The position numbers were made by a program, and so were the translations under genes. Below are positions 11,166 to 24,419 of a stretch of 64,000 nucleotides of DNA, piece after piece. Source of the stretch: Spirogloea muscicola (lineage: Eukaryota). Under the pieces are notes generated by a model. It saw only the letters and a list, made by a program, of their open reading frames with translations, ran no database searches and was not told the origin of the DNA. Where the stretch lies: the NCBI GenBank assembly GCA_009602725.1, contig WELB01000001.1, forward strand, positions 635,267 through 699,266, in the 5' to 3' direction. The first letter of the stretch is position 1; every line of letters begins with the position of its first letter.

Positions 11166-14100
11166 ATGGCGCCTTGCCCTTGTGACGCATCACTGAGTAA
11201 TTGCAGCTGTTTGTCTGCCTGCGTGAAGCCGCTTGTGCACAGGAAGTCTTGGCCTTTAACCTTGCCCTCACGTGACCATGTGTGCAGTACTTCTTTCACA
11301 GAGCGTCCATGCCGCTTTGTGGATGCTCTACCGCGTCTGCCCAAGATCAATACCAGGGATCACCCTAATGTCACCCTGGGTGCCTACGTTATCGTTCAGG
11401 TAACTCACGTCGTGCTTGTCTCTGCTGTAAGCTAAGCTGTTGCACATTGCGCAATCAGAGTCGTTGCTGAAATTAAATTCAGCTGCTGACGGCAAACATT
11501 CTCCTACCCTCTTCAACTTCCCTGCAGAAACTCCATCGAGACCTGCCTGCCACGACACTGTATGGATATGGCACGTCACTTGAAACAGCAAGCTCCCCAG
11601 GCCCCACCCTGGAAGCAGTTCGTGGATACCAGACGACGGTGCACTGGCAGAACCACCTAACAGACGACCAGCATCTCTTTGTCGTGGACCCCACCCTCAT
11701 GGTTCCCAAGTACACCAAGGGCGGCATCCCCATGGGTGAGAAGTCCAGATGCACACCTTGTCTTTGACAAGCAGTGACTTGTTCATTTCCAGACCGTAAA
11801 CGAAGGCAAAGGGTTCATGGAGATAACAAGCAGATCTTGTATTGACCCTTGGGCAGACCAACTGAGTGAAGTTTGCGTGTCCAAACCCACAGTGCCGCAT
11901 CTTCACGGGATACAGTCAGTCAGTGCATCCGATGGGCATCCAAACGCCTGGTGGACCCCATTCAATGAGACAGGAGACGGCTACATCACAACGTAAGCAT
12001 GAGATAAACATGCATAAATAGATTCCTGATCATTTGTTCATTTGTTTCATTTCCTGATCAATTACACGCCAATGTCTGGGTGTTTTCCACCAGAATCGGA
12101 TGGTGTGTCACGAGCAGCAAACTCATACTGCGTCATTTTTGTTTGTAGTAAGTACGAGTATCCCAATCAGCAGGAACCCGCCCTGCTCTGGTACCATGAC
12201 CACACAGTTGGCATGACAAGGCTGAACGTACAGGCTGGTATGGATGCCTAACCCTGTCAGAGAGTAACCATCTGTTAGGAGTGCACTTCTCGCTCCCCAT
12301 GCATGCTCAACGTCGTGTGCAGCAACTCAGAGTAAATTGAACGATCACTGAGTCTGCTGCTTTCCAGGTCTTACTGGGGCCTACGTTCTCCGAGACCCAG
12401 AAGGTTTGGAGAAGGACTTGCAACTGCCCTCCGGCAAGTATGAGCATGTTCTTGTCCTACAGGTAATGCACGGGTTGCAGCCAGCCAAATGACAGATTCT
12501 GATCTGATGGTGTACAACTCGCTAGATGTTTTTGGTGACACAACAGCACATTGACTAATATCATGAGCTTCTCAGTGACACCACTACCAATGAAGAGAGA
12601 TAGGCATCACTGCATGTTACAAGATTTGCACTCGCTTAGTGGGACTTTGAAGCTTCCTCTTGCAGGATAAGTGGATCTTGGACAACGGGACAATGTATTT
12701 CAACACGCTTGGAGACGTACCTTCTGCTCATCCGAACTGGGTACCCGAGTTCTTTGGCGAGACCATGGTGGTGAATGGGAAGGCCTGGCCTTATCTCAAA
12801 GTGCAGGTGCCAGCACGTGATGCCAATATATAGCTGTCTATCAAGCATGTCATTACTATCTGTTAAGAACAATCGAGAGTCACAGAGATGGAGATCTTGC
12901 AGGGCCACAAGTGCTGATGAGGCCATTGAAAGAACATCCTGCAACTATTGTGGCACACACTCGAGTCAACTCTGCTGACACACTACTGTTGCCATGCAGC
13001 CCAAGAAATACCGCTTCAGGATTGTCAATGCAGCAAATGCTCGCTTCTTCAACCTCTATTTTGGCAACTCCATGACATTCTTTCAGGTATATCTGATCCT
13101 TACTCATGCATGAATATGCATGAGTCAAATGCCAATGATGCAGCCAGGTCACTGCATCTTAGTGTGGTCATCAAATTGCAGTCATCCAATTGCTCCATTT
13201 TGTTTGATTGGTGCACATGCACCCCCTGATTTCTCTCTACTGCAGCCTCGGCATTTCTTAGCACCAATTTCCAATGTATGCACACAATTGCACAGATCGG
13301 AAGCGACGGCGGGTACCTTCCCCAGCCCGTCCTCATGAAGTCCCTTCTGATTGCTCCAGGAGAGAGGGCAGGTAAGTCACCACTATCATCTCCTAGCTTA
13401 ATCATCTCACAGGTACCCTTTCCTATAAGGGCTCTTATGGTGACTACACTGCGGCAGTCATCCACTCGGTTCACCTTCGGGACTCTGAAGTTGAGGGGAC
13501 CTGATCCGCTAAATTGCACATGTTCAATGGCTGCAGATATTGTTGTGGATTTTGGCTTCAAGAGAAAGCACAGACAGCTGTTGCTAAAGAACAATGCAAA
13601 CACGCCCTACCCTGGAGGTGACCCTGTCACAGTCAGATCTGCAACAATCATGAAGTTTGTCATCGCGAAAAAGGTCAAGACTCCTGACAACAGGTAATGA
13701 ACGACCTGATCATAATTTTGCAATCACGTCCTGCAACATTCGCCTCATCTTTGTAAGGCAATCTGAAATTCACTTCTACGGCGGAACAGGCAAAGTCCAC
13801 CTGAAGTAGTTGAGGTAGGCTAGCAGTCAGTTCCTTGTTTGCTTCCAAGCTTAACCAGGCCAGCAATCTGGCGGTCGGTGACAGTGTGCTTGGCAAGGTT
13901 CTGAGGCCTGCCCTGCCGGTTCTGAAGTCTCTCCCGCTGGCCGAGATCCGCCAATTGACCTTAACCGAAACAGAGGACGTCGAGACGGACGAGCCACTAT
14001 TTTCCATACTTAATGGTCTCCACTGGAATGACCCAGTCACAGAGAAGGTCAGTTTTCCAGCCCTTTTCTTCGAGCAGGATCTTCACAGGCGGTCATTGTC

Positions 14101-14852
14101 GTCCTTTTGTTAAGACACAATCCTCTTCAGTATATTGGGAATTGGCATATGCAGAACTTGCATGAAACAGGTGGCAGATTCCTTCATGGATGTACACAAT
14201 CTACCTCTAGAAAAATGTACGAAATAGTGGCCACTGCAAAATATGTGACTTGTTTGCAAGTTTTGTTCTACAGCCCAAGCAGGGAACAACTGAAGTCTGG
14301 CAGATCATCAATCTTACGGATGACATGCACCCTATCCATCTACATTTGGTGCAATTTCAGGTATAAGACCTTGGGCTCAAATGTGAACGACGAAAGAGTC
14401 TGCTAATGCTGCGTCTAACAAATTGGTCAACTTCATGCCTCCATATCCTCCATATATCCTTCAACTATAGGACCTTGATATTTTGACATTCCGACTGGCA
14501 AGTGCTATCATTTACACAGTCAGTGCCGAATGCTGAGCAGGCTGTACAGAGGCAAATCTTTGACACCGACAAGTATCCCCACAACTGCACGCTTGAGGCC
14601 TACGGTAGTCCACAATCTGCAAGCAGCTGCTATTTGGGCCCCCCCCAGTTGTTCCCCGAAGCTGAGAGAGGGTGGAAGGACACTTTGCGGATGGCACCAG
14701 GGGAGGTTTCTACTATAGCCATACGCTTCACTGATCAGGAAGGAACGGCCTTCAGCTTCAATGTGACAGACGGCCCTGGATATGTCTGGCATTGTCACAT
14801 CTTGGACCACGAGGACAACGACATGATGCGGCCGTATGTAATTTTGCCATAG
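11166..14852 (+). CDS. LPR1: LPR1/CotA-like three-domain multicopper oxidase (probable ferroxidase), multi-exon; 5' end uncertain
   Basis: [29 protein letters not shown], Cu motifs HLHG, LWYHDH, HPIHLH and [16 protein letters not shown], plus [23 protein letters not shown] and IGSDGGYL. Canonical GT-AG introns. Stop at 14852. Confidence 0.92.
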
Positions 14853-16206
14853 AATAAATCTCTGAGTTGCAGGTTGCTTTAGGGATCGATACGTCAAGGA
14901 GGGCGATTTCTTGCCATTTATGATCCCAAGCTTACCATTTGATAGTCCTGACTGAGTTCAGACCGAGGGTTCTGCTTTCTCATTAGGCCTTGAACTCCTT
15001 AACTTGACAGCCCGGAAGTTTGCATCAACCGCCAGATGAGTTGGTTTAGCAAACGGGGGTCTTGCCCCGGGCGAAAAAGAGCACATTATTGATAAGGTTT
15101 GGCTACAAAGCCAGCCTCTACAGATGATTTTGAAGTAGAACAAACTGGGGGGAGTGTGTGCATTTAGTGACAGCTTTCGAGCCTGAAAGTAGTTAGGCAA
15201 CTATATCTAGAAGCGCAAGCCTTCTGCTGCAAACCCTCAGATATTGCGACTTCGCTGCAGCTAAGGGGAAGTGATGGCAGTGGCGGCCAGGGTGGGGCCC
15301 ACTCAAAGGAGACAGTTCCTAACCCACATCTGTGAGTCCATAGTTCAATGTGAAAGAAGCTCTCTCAAAGGAGGGCGATGACTGTGAGAGGTCAGCCTGG
15401 ATGGAAGGGACACGTCCGAAAGGGGCAGAGAGCACAAACAACATGAGCACGGGCAGTACAAAGAGTGGGTTCACCAATCTCATTTGCTTGTGGAACACCA
15501 GATGCAGAATCTCCGAGAGCAAACATGACAAGTACAATCTTGTACAGATGTGTACATGGAGACAAACCCAGCACTGAAAGACTTTGAGGTTATGCATATT
15601 TCTGAGTGAGTCGTGATAAACATAATATCCTGGCATCGTATCTGGTGCAGAGCATGGGCCTGAGCTTGCTGCAACATTCTGACACGCTGCGGTGCCAGAT
15701 GAATGTTGCTGTTGGCAAGCCCATCTTAGCAGGAAGCGCATCCTTACACAACTTACACAACTTGGACATCAGAGCCTGGCTTTTCTCAGAAGCAAAATCT
15801 GAAGTGGGGAGAAGGTGAGGGGTGGGGGGTTGTGGTTGAAATGAAGGGCCTTTGTCTGCTCAGCCAACTTGAGATACAATATGAAGGATTGACAGGTCGC
15901 ACTGGCATCCTTCGGCTTTATCTCCAATAGCGCGGCCATCTTACAGCTCTTGAGAGGATTAGGGTGACTATTGATATTTTAGAGCGACGTATACGCTTAG
16001 TGCTCACTACAGCACTTCGTCTGCAAAATGAAGCTCTAGAGTGCTCTAGCTTTGCTTCCTAGGTGAAGCTCTCACATGACTGATTTGTACCTCTTGTAAT
16101 CATGAAAGAGAGCCTCAAGAAGCACATTATGCACACACCTGCTCCGCCACTAACAGTAACATGGAGCGATGGTAGGAATAGGAGATAGTGAAGAGGACAT
16201 CAAGAG

Positions 16207-19200
16207 TCAGCCATCATGTACTTCTTCTGCAGAAGCTGTGCGCACATTGCAGACCCGCATAGCAGCAAGAAGGACCTCTGGCAGCTCGACTTGAGATCTT
16301 CCCTGTGGTGGAAAGTGCAGCACAGAAGCTTCCAGATTGATAAGCTACATGCAAGGTTACTCCTCTTTTACAATATTGTAATGTTGCCCTATTTGTAGCA
16401 GCAGGAAGCCATGGTGGTCAGCACGATAGCTCAGAACTTTGAAGTATATGAGGTTAATTAGCAGTAAGCTAGAGAACTGTAGCTCCTAGCACAACGTCAA
16501 GTGCTGTTGACTGTACCTCAATGACAATGGCCAAATCCACAACAAGTGCTTCCACGTATCCTATGACGAGGCCAATTACTCCGCGAGCCACAGAAGAAGA
16601 GCCAATGTCCACATCGATCTAACCAGAGGAAGTTAAGAGCATCAGCCCTCTGAAGCAACTGTAAGGCATAAACAGGACATAATAACACCGAGAGGACCGC
16701 CAATGCCGTCAAACAAGCAGCTGACCGACTGCAACATCACAAGCATGCACAGGGTTTGACATTGATGTGCAAGCTTGTCCATAGAATGCATGAGAAAGCT
16801 TTACAAAGTAAGGAGTCTAAGCCACTACCTCAAGGTAGTTCTGGTGCCGATGATAACGGCAGGTGACAGCTTGACCCAACAAGCAGGCCTTGGTTCCGAC
16901 TGCTCGCTTCACGACCCAAGCACCCTGTTTGTCTGAACCTCCTTGTTAGTTGCTAAGCTCAAGGGCTCCTCGTATTTTACAATGTCGGCGGTAACTGATG
17001 GCACGTGGCCTTGCATGATTAGACAATCCATGCTGAACACAGTACACCTCATCAGCAACAAAGAGACAGGCACAGCGACCAATATCATTGGCAGGACGAG
17101 GACCATTCAGCAGAAGTAGCACCTGAGCAATACTGGGAATGAGCTTGAATCGAGCATTGCGGAATATATCATCGCCATCAACAAAGCGCTGCAGCAAGGA
17201 CCCAGGCCTGAGGGTTCGATCTGAGGCGAAGTAGAAGACCATGGAGTAATTCGGCTTTCCTGGGACCTGTGCAGGTGTAGTTGTGAAAGGACACACCGGT
17301 CAAAAGTAGGACAAGACAAGTACATGCAGTAGGTGCAAGTTGAGGACGATGCATTGACCTCCCCTACATTGACGCAACGCATTTCGACCTCAATCTACAT
17401 GCAGAAAGACAGTGCCCAATAGACCTGGCTTAAGATATGACTAGCTTAGTCATTATTTGGAGTGATCTAGTCCATAGCAATTGTTCTGCGATGTGCTGTA
17501 CTTGCAAACATCACACCTGTAGATTGCACACGAGAATAAACGGAGCCTTCTTGGGGCCTTCCCTCTGGTATACACACATGCAATCATACAAAGTCCATTA
17601 GGAGCTCCGCACGACAAAATCTAGTGTAACTCATATCTAGACCTCCCGTTTAAAGGACATAAAGCGTCACTTGTCACCTCTACCATCAGAAGCTGCTTTG
17701 AGTAAAGTATCAAGCAGAAACCACTGAGGTCTTATAGCTGGGTGATTACAGACGGGGAATCAATGCTTGGTATGCATGTAGTAGCACCAACAGATCATGC
17801 GTGTAGTATACATGACGACAGACAAGTCAGATGAAGTATATGCAGATGGAAGTGCAAGACACTCATTGAATTAGAATCTTAAGATGAGGCACTGCCTGCA
17901 TATGTATGATTGTTGGTACCTGCATGAGGGACCCTGGTCGAGCTGCAACATGATCAAGTCTTCCCTTTGATGCAAACCAGTCCACAGCCATCAATTTCAA
18001 GAGAGGTTCGCAACCTTGCACCTGCACTTCATAGCATTGATGCATAGTCATTACAGCATCTTCAGAGCTTGACCTCCCAGCTTCGACAAGCAGAGCACTC
18101 AGAAACTCGATACACGCGTCTGAAACCATATTCCCACAATTGTCAAATGCCATCATTGCTACGTATTATTGGTCAGCTACAATGACGCACACTGTCACAC
18201 TACATTTTAGGTGCTGTGGTAAAGATGCCTCATATCACATTAAAGAGCGCTACCTTTCTGCGGTCGTGCATATAAGTGGGCCCACGAATGTAAAAGAGGC
18301 CCACAGGGGGCCTTGCCCAGCAGTCTCGACTTGGATCATTCTCCGCCATAGCAAGAGACCCCTTGAATTCATGCTCCGACAAAAGTATGCGGGGGGTGCT
18401 ATAATCAACCTCCCGCTGCTCTGCAAGCCACAACGAAACAAGCCCTCCTATCACAATGAGATGTCGTTGGGGTCTTTGCCACCTGACAAATGCAAATACG
18501 GGCAAATGATAAGACATGACCGAAAAGACTTGCTGTGATTCTCATGAGCAGCTAATTCATATTCAGAGTTTCTGCAGGGCATAGCTTGCACGTGGACAAC
18601 ATCGGAAGTTCCAACAATGCAGGATAATTCAAACAAATGTATACCAATAGCAGCCCTTGCGGCGTCTTCTCTCAGAGACTTGAAGGTAAGCAGACCAAGG
18701 CTAAGCCCCCTCATTGACACACGACGGCCCTGCAACTTGCAACAGCCACAGCATCAGGTACACAGCATTATGCACGGGACGCTGAACCGCTTACAGATGC
18801 ATTAACTCTCGGATCCATTGTGTGAAAGTCCTTAAAGGGCTAGCAATGACCATGATGGCAAAACTTCCACTGAGGTCCTCTTCATGGAAAACCTAAGCTT
18901 TTCATGTCTGACCTTTGTTACGCCTTGCTCATCAGGCTCATCACGTGTACTTTCCCCATCTTGAGCATCAAAGAACTCCTCCATGTCAACAGCTAACGGA
19001 TCTCCTTCAGCTGACAAGATTGGGGAGCACGGATCCTTCAAGTCCTCCACTTGCACCTGCCAGGGGAAATGCGTAATTCCTATTACGCGCTCACATTCTA
19101 AAGCACCTTCAAGCTTGACCACTTTGAGAGTTGTCAAGGACACACAGGCTTTTAGGTTCACAGACCACTTGCTCAGAGCGGGCTTCAGTTCCTGTTAGGT

Positions 19201-22200
19201 GAGTGGGAGTGGGCAGTTGCCATGAGCAGGTCTACTAGTGTGTCACTTCACCCTTTCCAAGACTTTGTTGACGTCTGCACTCACAGTGCCCATGCAGAGT
19301 AACTCACTGTTTCCTGCTTCAGTGGAGTGGTAGACTCCACAGGCACACCATCAACACGCGATGCCAGCATGGTGCTCGATGTTGACACGTGCCTGGCAGC
19401 ACAGTGCTCTCGAAGCCCTACACGATGCCATTGCAAGGGCTGTAAGTTTCTACGAACCTTTTAAGGAGCAAATATATACCTCACTAAGCAAGCATGCAGA
19501 CGCCCAAAGGGCAAACAAACAGGACGCAGCAGAATTGCTATCAACAACGATGGAACATTTCAATGCAGACGAAATCTGCTACTGCTGCTGCGTTCTGATA
19601 TGCTTGGGCTACCGTAAGCACTTGACAATGACAGCACTAGTAAGGTGAAAGGATAAGGGTGGCAAGACAATGCCTCTACACAATTGAAGTTTGCAGCTTA
19701 CCAGCAATGGACAGATGGAACAAACGGGCAAGATCAACCTCTGGTCCTGCACTGTTAGAAAAGCACGAAAGTGTCCTCCTCTGCTTACGTCTGTGGTCGT
19801 CATAGTCAGCTCCAAAGAGGTTCTCCACAAGAGATCTAGATCTGCCATTTGCGCTTGCTGGCAGTGGTATCACCTCCCAGCTAAGTACTGCACACAGACA
19901 ATATGTGGGGAGGATAAGTGCTGCTAATAGGCTGCCTGGGTGACTGTTTGCGTCAGCTAGCTGCAACAGAACACAATGCTCGCCAGTAACACCTTGATTG
20001 TCAAGCGATGTTTGGACCAGCAGTAGCACACAGCATGATAACAAATATCAGACACTGCTGTGCACAGGAGCAGACTAACAGTACCTGCTGTTAGTCTGCT
20101 ACACCTACCCTAATTTAAATAGCGAAGCATTAACACTAATTGTCAGGCTACGTGAAATTGCACAACGAGCAGTTTGACCTCACTCTTAACATCACCACGA
20201 ACGTAGTCCTGCTGCGGTGGGCAGGATGGGTGCTCCACAGAGTGGAACATTATGGCTGCATATGACATCTTCAGATAGATTCAGTTGACTGTGATTGTGA
20301 ATGTCTATGATCAGTGCTATTCTGGTCTACAAGCTTCAACGAGAACATATTTATTTCCAGAGTGGCATATCAGCTAGCAGAGATGCTCCTGGAGCATCGT
20401 GTGGAGCACAGAATGTCAAGACGTCTCTTGCACATGTACAGGCTATGACATGCAATTAAAGGCAAGTGGCAACTCATGATCAATTCAGTCGAGTGGAGAC
20501 TTGGTAGGTATCATACAGTATCCTCCATCTTGATCTCGTCTCCAGTACCGCTTCAGGCAGTAGTCTGGCGACTTAATGGATCTGTTACAGTGCACACAGA
20601 AGATTGACAGTGAAGGAATCTGTGAGCCCATGCACCACACCACTTCACAACAACTAGGTGTGCTGAGGCCTGATTTAGCAGCTGCAAAGACTCCACTGCA
20701 AGTCAGCGAAGAGGTGCAACATGGTCTCAAGTGAGCATTAAGTAGCTAGGAACATGTTGAAATTTGAAAGAGGAAAGAGTTGTCCATGTTGCAGGCTTGC
20801 AAGATAATGCTGCAGGTCCTTGCTGCAGAGGTTCAAGCCATCTGGCCACAGCAATGCTTCAACATTACATGCTCCACTACCTTGGATACATGTGCTTGGC
20901 AACCTCAAAGTGAATAATGTCAATATGCCCATCAACCTCTTCCACCAATTTTCCTCTTCCAAAAGTAGGATCCCATCTGACCAGGTATCAAAGAGGTAGC
21001 TTATCAGTAACAAGTACACCTTACTGGCACTTCTATAAACCAAACCACAGTACAAGTATGACAATGATAGTGCACTGCCTACTCAGCCCTTCTTTAGCCT
21101 GTTTGAGATGAAGTTCTGGTCTCCAAGAGTGGCAAAGTGTGCCATTGCGAACCTCCCTCTTCATCTCTCATAAATCAATGCACTGCCGATGACCTTATGC
21201 TCCACTCACACCTCATTAGTTCACTTCTAGTGGTCATTACAGGTTGCGATCATGTATGTCACTGAAGTTGGATGAAATGTCTTGCGGCCACTGTGCGCCT
21301 ACAGCTTTATCTTACAATACACACACATGACTTGATGCATGTCTCCATGGAATTATTAGGTAATGCACAGAGTGCAAATCCTCGTCACTTGAAAAGCAGG
21401 AAAGAGGAGGAGCCTCTCATAAGAAATTGAATGTGAGGTGACTCACTGCTCTCTGACAGCCCCCAAATCCATGATGACACGGAAGACGATCTCAGGTGAC
21501 TCCTCGACAATGCCAATTGCCTTCTGTACCCTCATACTGGCCTGTAGCGAGAAATGCAATCAAGTTGATGCGTCATTGGAGGAGTTATGAGATCCCTGAT
21601 TCCTGCATCATGTCCTGACCATCTTACGAGCAGTCTGCAAGGATTACATATTCACATGTACGTGCAGTGCCAGCAAGTGATTCATGGATTGGTCGAACAG
21701 CTCTGAGCTGTCCTGCATAGTTCCTGAATCCCTGAACAATCAACCTCATGTAGTAGGTATCAACTACTAGATATAACTAAAGGGTAGGGGCATAGGTGAG
21801 TTCAGCTATCCCTTACTCTGGACTCATGCATCTCATTTTTCTCGGCAAATATGCGAAGCCCTGCTTAGCATGAAACAGAGTGCATCCAGCATTATACTAA
21901 GGGAGTTCAAAGTCTAGCTCTTGGCAGTTGCTCGGGATGGCCATTGGGCATGCTATGCATGCTTTGAGGACTATTTGTATGGCCATGATCTGACAATTGA
22001 GATCAGCAAGAGCAAGCATTGCACACAGATTGATTCATATGAACTTGCCCCTCGAGGAGGCCACAGTGGAGTCTCACCATTCTCAAGCCCAATAAGACGC
22101 CAATTGTGGTGCATAGAATCCAGAGCAGCCGCTCCTCGTTCCAGATTATCATCCAGAAGAACAGAGAAAGACCGTGGTATACCTACAAGGGAGAGAGTAG

Positions 22201-24100
22201 TATGATGTCTGTGTCAGGAAGAGAGTAGTATGATGTCTGTGTCAGCAGCAGCAGGGTGACGTCCACAGAGCTCTACTGAGTCCCGCCTACTTGTCAATCC
22301 TGAGGTCCAATGAGGATGTTAGTGCAGTAGACACTGATTCTTCTTGTCATGTGCACCTCTTCCCATTGATCCTCGGCGGTGAAGAGACCTGGAACCATCC
22401 TCCTGCTGCTCAAGCCTAAGGAGAGTGGTCCGTTGCTCCTCTACTTCACTGGCAAAGGACAACCACTCCGAAATGAGAATCAGTTGCACAAGTCAACTAC
22501 TGAATCCTTCATCTCAACCTATGTCTTGTAAGGCTGCAGCAGCCATTGACAAGGTTCTGTTACCCTTTGTGAAAGGCTAAGAACCAATCTTGACATTCAT
22601 TCGGCTTCTCCCTGGCTCCAAGAGCAGTCTTCAGCCTAACCGTGCTTGCTCAAACCAATAAAATTTGTATCAATAAGAGAGTAATCCGTACTTACTCGTG
22701 GGTGTCTGTCGCATCTGCTGACTCTCTTGTATCCAAGCAAGCCTGAAGGAATCCATGCAGTGATGAAACGAGCCTGTCAGGTGGTCTCACTAAAGAAGCT
22801 GCAGTGCAATGTGAGCACTTTTAAGAAGAACCCTCAAAGCATTAATAGGGTATCTAATCAGGCTGGCATGGAACGTCTGATGCAATCTTGGCAGGCTACA
22901 TCTAGACCAAATAAGACCCTAAGATGGACATGAAGATAGTAACGAGTGGTGGCATATACCATATCCCTTGCATGCCGCACGGCAGCCAACCATCTCTCAA
23001 CTTTCTCAGGCGAGTCCACTCCAAACTGTAGCAAAAAGCCAGCATATTGTCACCACAATGGACACCCCAATAACTGCACTGCTGAGATGCCTAATATGTA
23101 GGCCTGCAAATACATGCATATGAGTATGCTCACCAAGTGGCCCTGCTCAGGCCGGCTTGAATTTTTTATGCTGAACGTGAACAGAATCTGCAACTGCACA
23201 TTGCTCCGATCAGCTTGGATAGCATTGCTCACAGAGGCTAGTAGTGATAAAGTGAAGGGCGAGTAGTGTTGCATAATTGCTCATCAGGCTGTCCAGGCAT
23301 CATAAGTACATAATGAAAAACTCCATCCTTCAAACTTAGCAACGACAAAGTTCATGGCATTGTACATCACCTGGCCTCGCACATGATGCTTTCCAACTTC
23401 TTCTGTCTGTACATTTTTGCCAATTGGCCCCGCCAGCAAGGGTTTCTGGACCCACACATCCAGCTCGCGGCCTTTATCAAGAACTTCTCATCAGCATCAG
23501 TATCAATCAATTGTAATGCTCCTGCTCGTTGGTACTGCTTGCTGATGCAACCTGTGAGCTCTAAGGTTGTGTAGGTCTAACTCGGGCTTGCCATTCCGAC
23601 AGTGTCAGAGTGAAGCAAAACTCAGCTCAATGCATAGCTTTGTCTGCCGGGATGCCATGACATAGCTCCACTCCTGGCTGCTACTACTTCAGTATATCCG
23701 ACAGCACAATGCTAGTGCTAGACCAGACAATTGGCTACAAATTTGGCACTGCAATCATGGCAGAAGCTGAGCTGGTTGCTTGTCTGGGCTATAATCATCA
23801 CAGGCTTTACGGAGCAGCTTAGCAGGCTAATATCTGCTGCAAACCTGCAGTCCGCCAGAAGTGTCTTGATTGGGGTCGGTTTTGTACAGCGCAAGGCTGT
23901 TGCCGACGATAATACAGTATCCCGGGTTGCAGTACTCCCGGCCTAGCCTGTTCCTGCCAATAACAAATAGCCAGCCTTCTGTCCTGACTAGCGCCATGAC
24001 CGCTCCCTAAGAGTAGCCAGCTCGTCCAAGGGAGCACCGGCAGCTCGCGTCTCCAAGCACGCCGGTATTGCTGCTCAACCTCCAGGCGTCCCTGAACTTG
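16207..24100 (-). CDS. EDR2: EDR2-like PH-START-DUF1336 lipid-binding protein, many exons; 5' end unresolved
   Basis: START pieces HNWRLIGLENG, KAIGIVEESPEIVFRVIMDL and YCLKRYWRRDQDGGY. DUF1336 pieces FYIRGPTYMHDRRK, LMAVDWF, QVPGKPNYSMVFYF, RFVDGDDIFRNARFKLIPSI, WVVKRAVGTKACLLG, VDVDIGSS and ELPEVLL. Stop at 16207-16209. Confidence 0.88.
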
Positions 24101-24419
24101 GCCTTGTGCATCTTCAACCCCAGCAGAAAGTATACGCCGCAGCAGCTGGTGGGGGCTCCCACGACCGGTAGGAGGACTGAAAGAATGGGTCAGAGCGAAA
24201 AGGCGAGACAATTGATGCCGTCGCTGAGTGAGTCGGCGGCAGCGTCGACGCCGGCGCGAGGAGAGGTGCGTCGAGGCGGAGGCAAGTGGCGGCTTGGCGT
24301 GCCTCGTGCCGCCGGCAGTGCTAGCTGGGCTGTTATTGACGGTGGATTGGTTGGAGACGAGGAGCGATGTTGCCTGCTCAGGTCGGCCGCTCGCAGCCTC
24401 CCATAAGAAGAGCTTTGAA

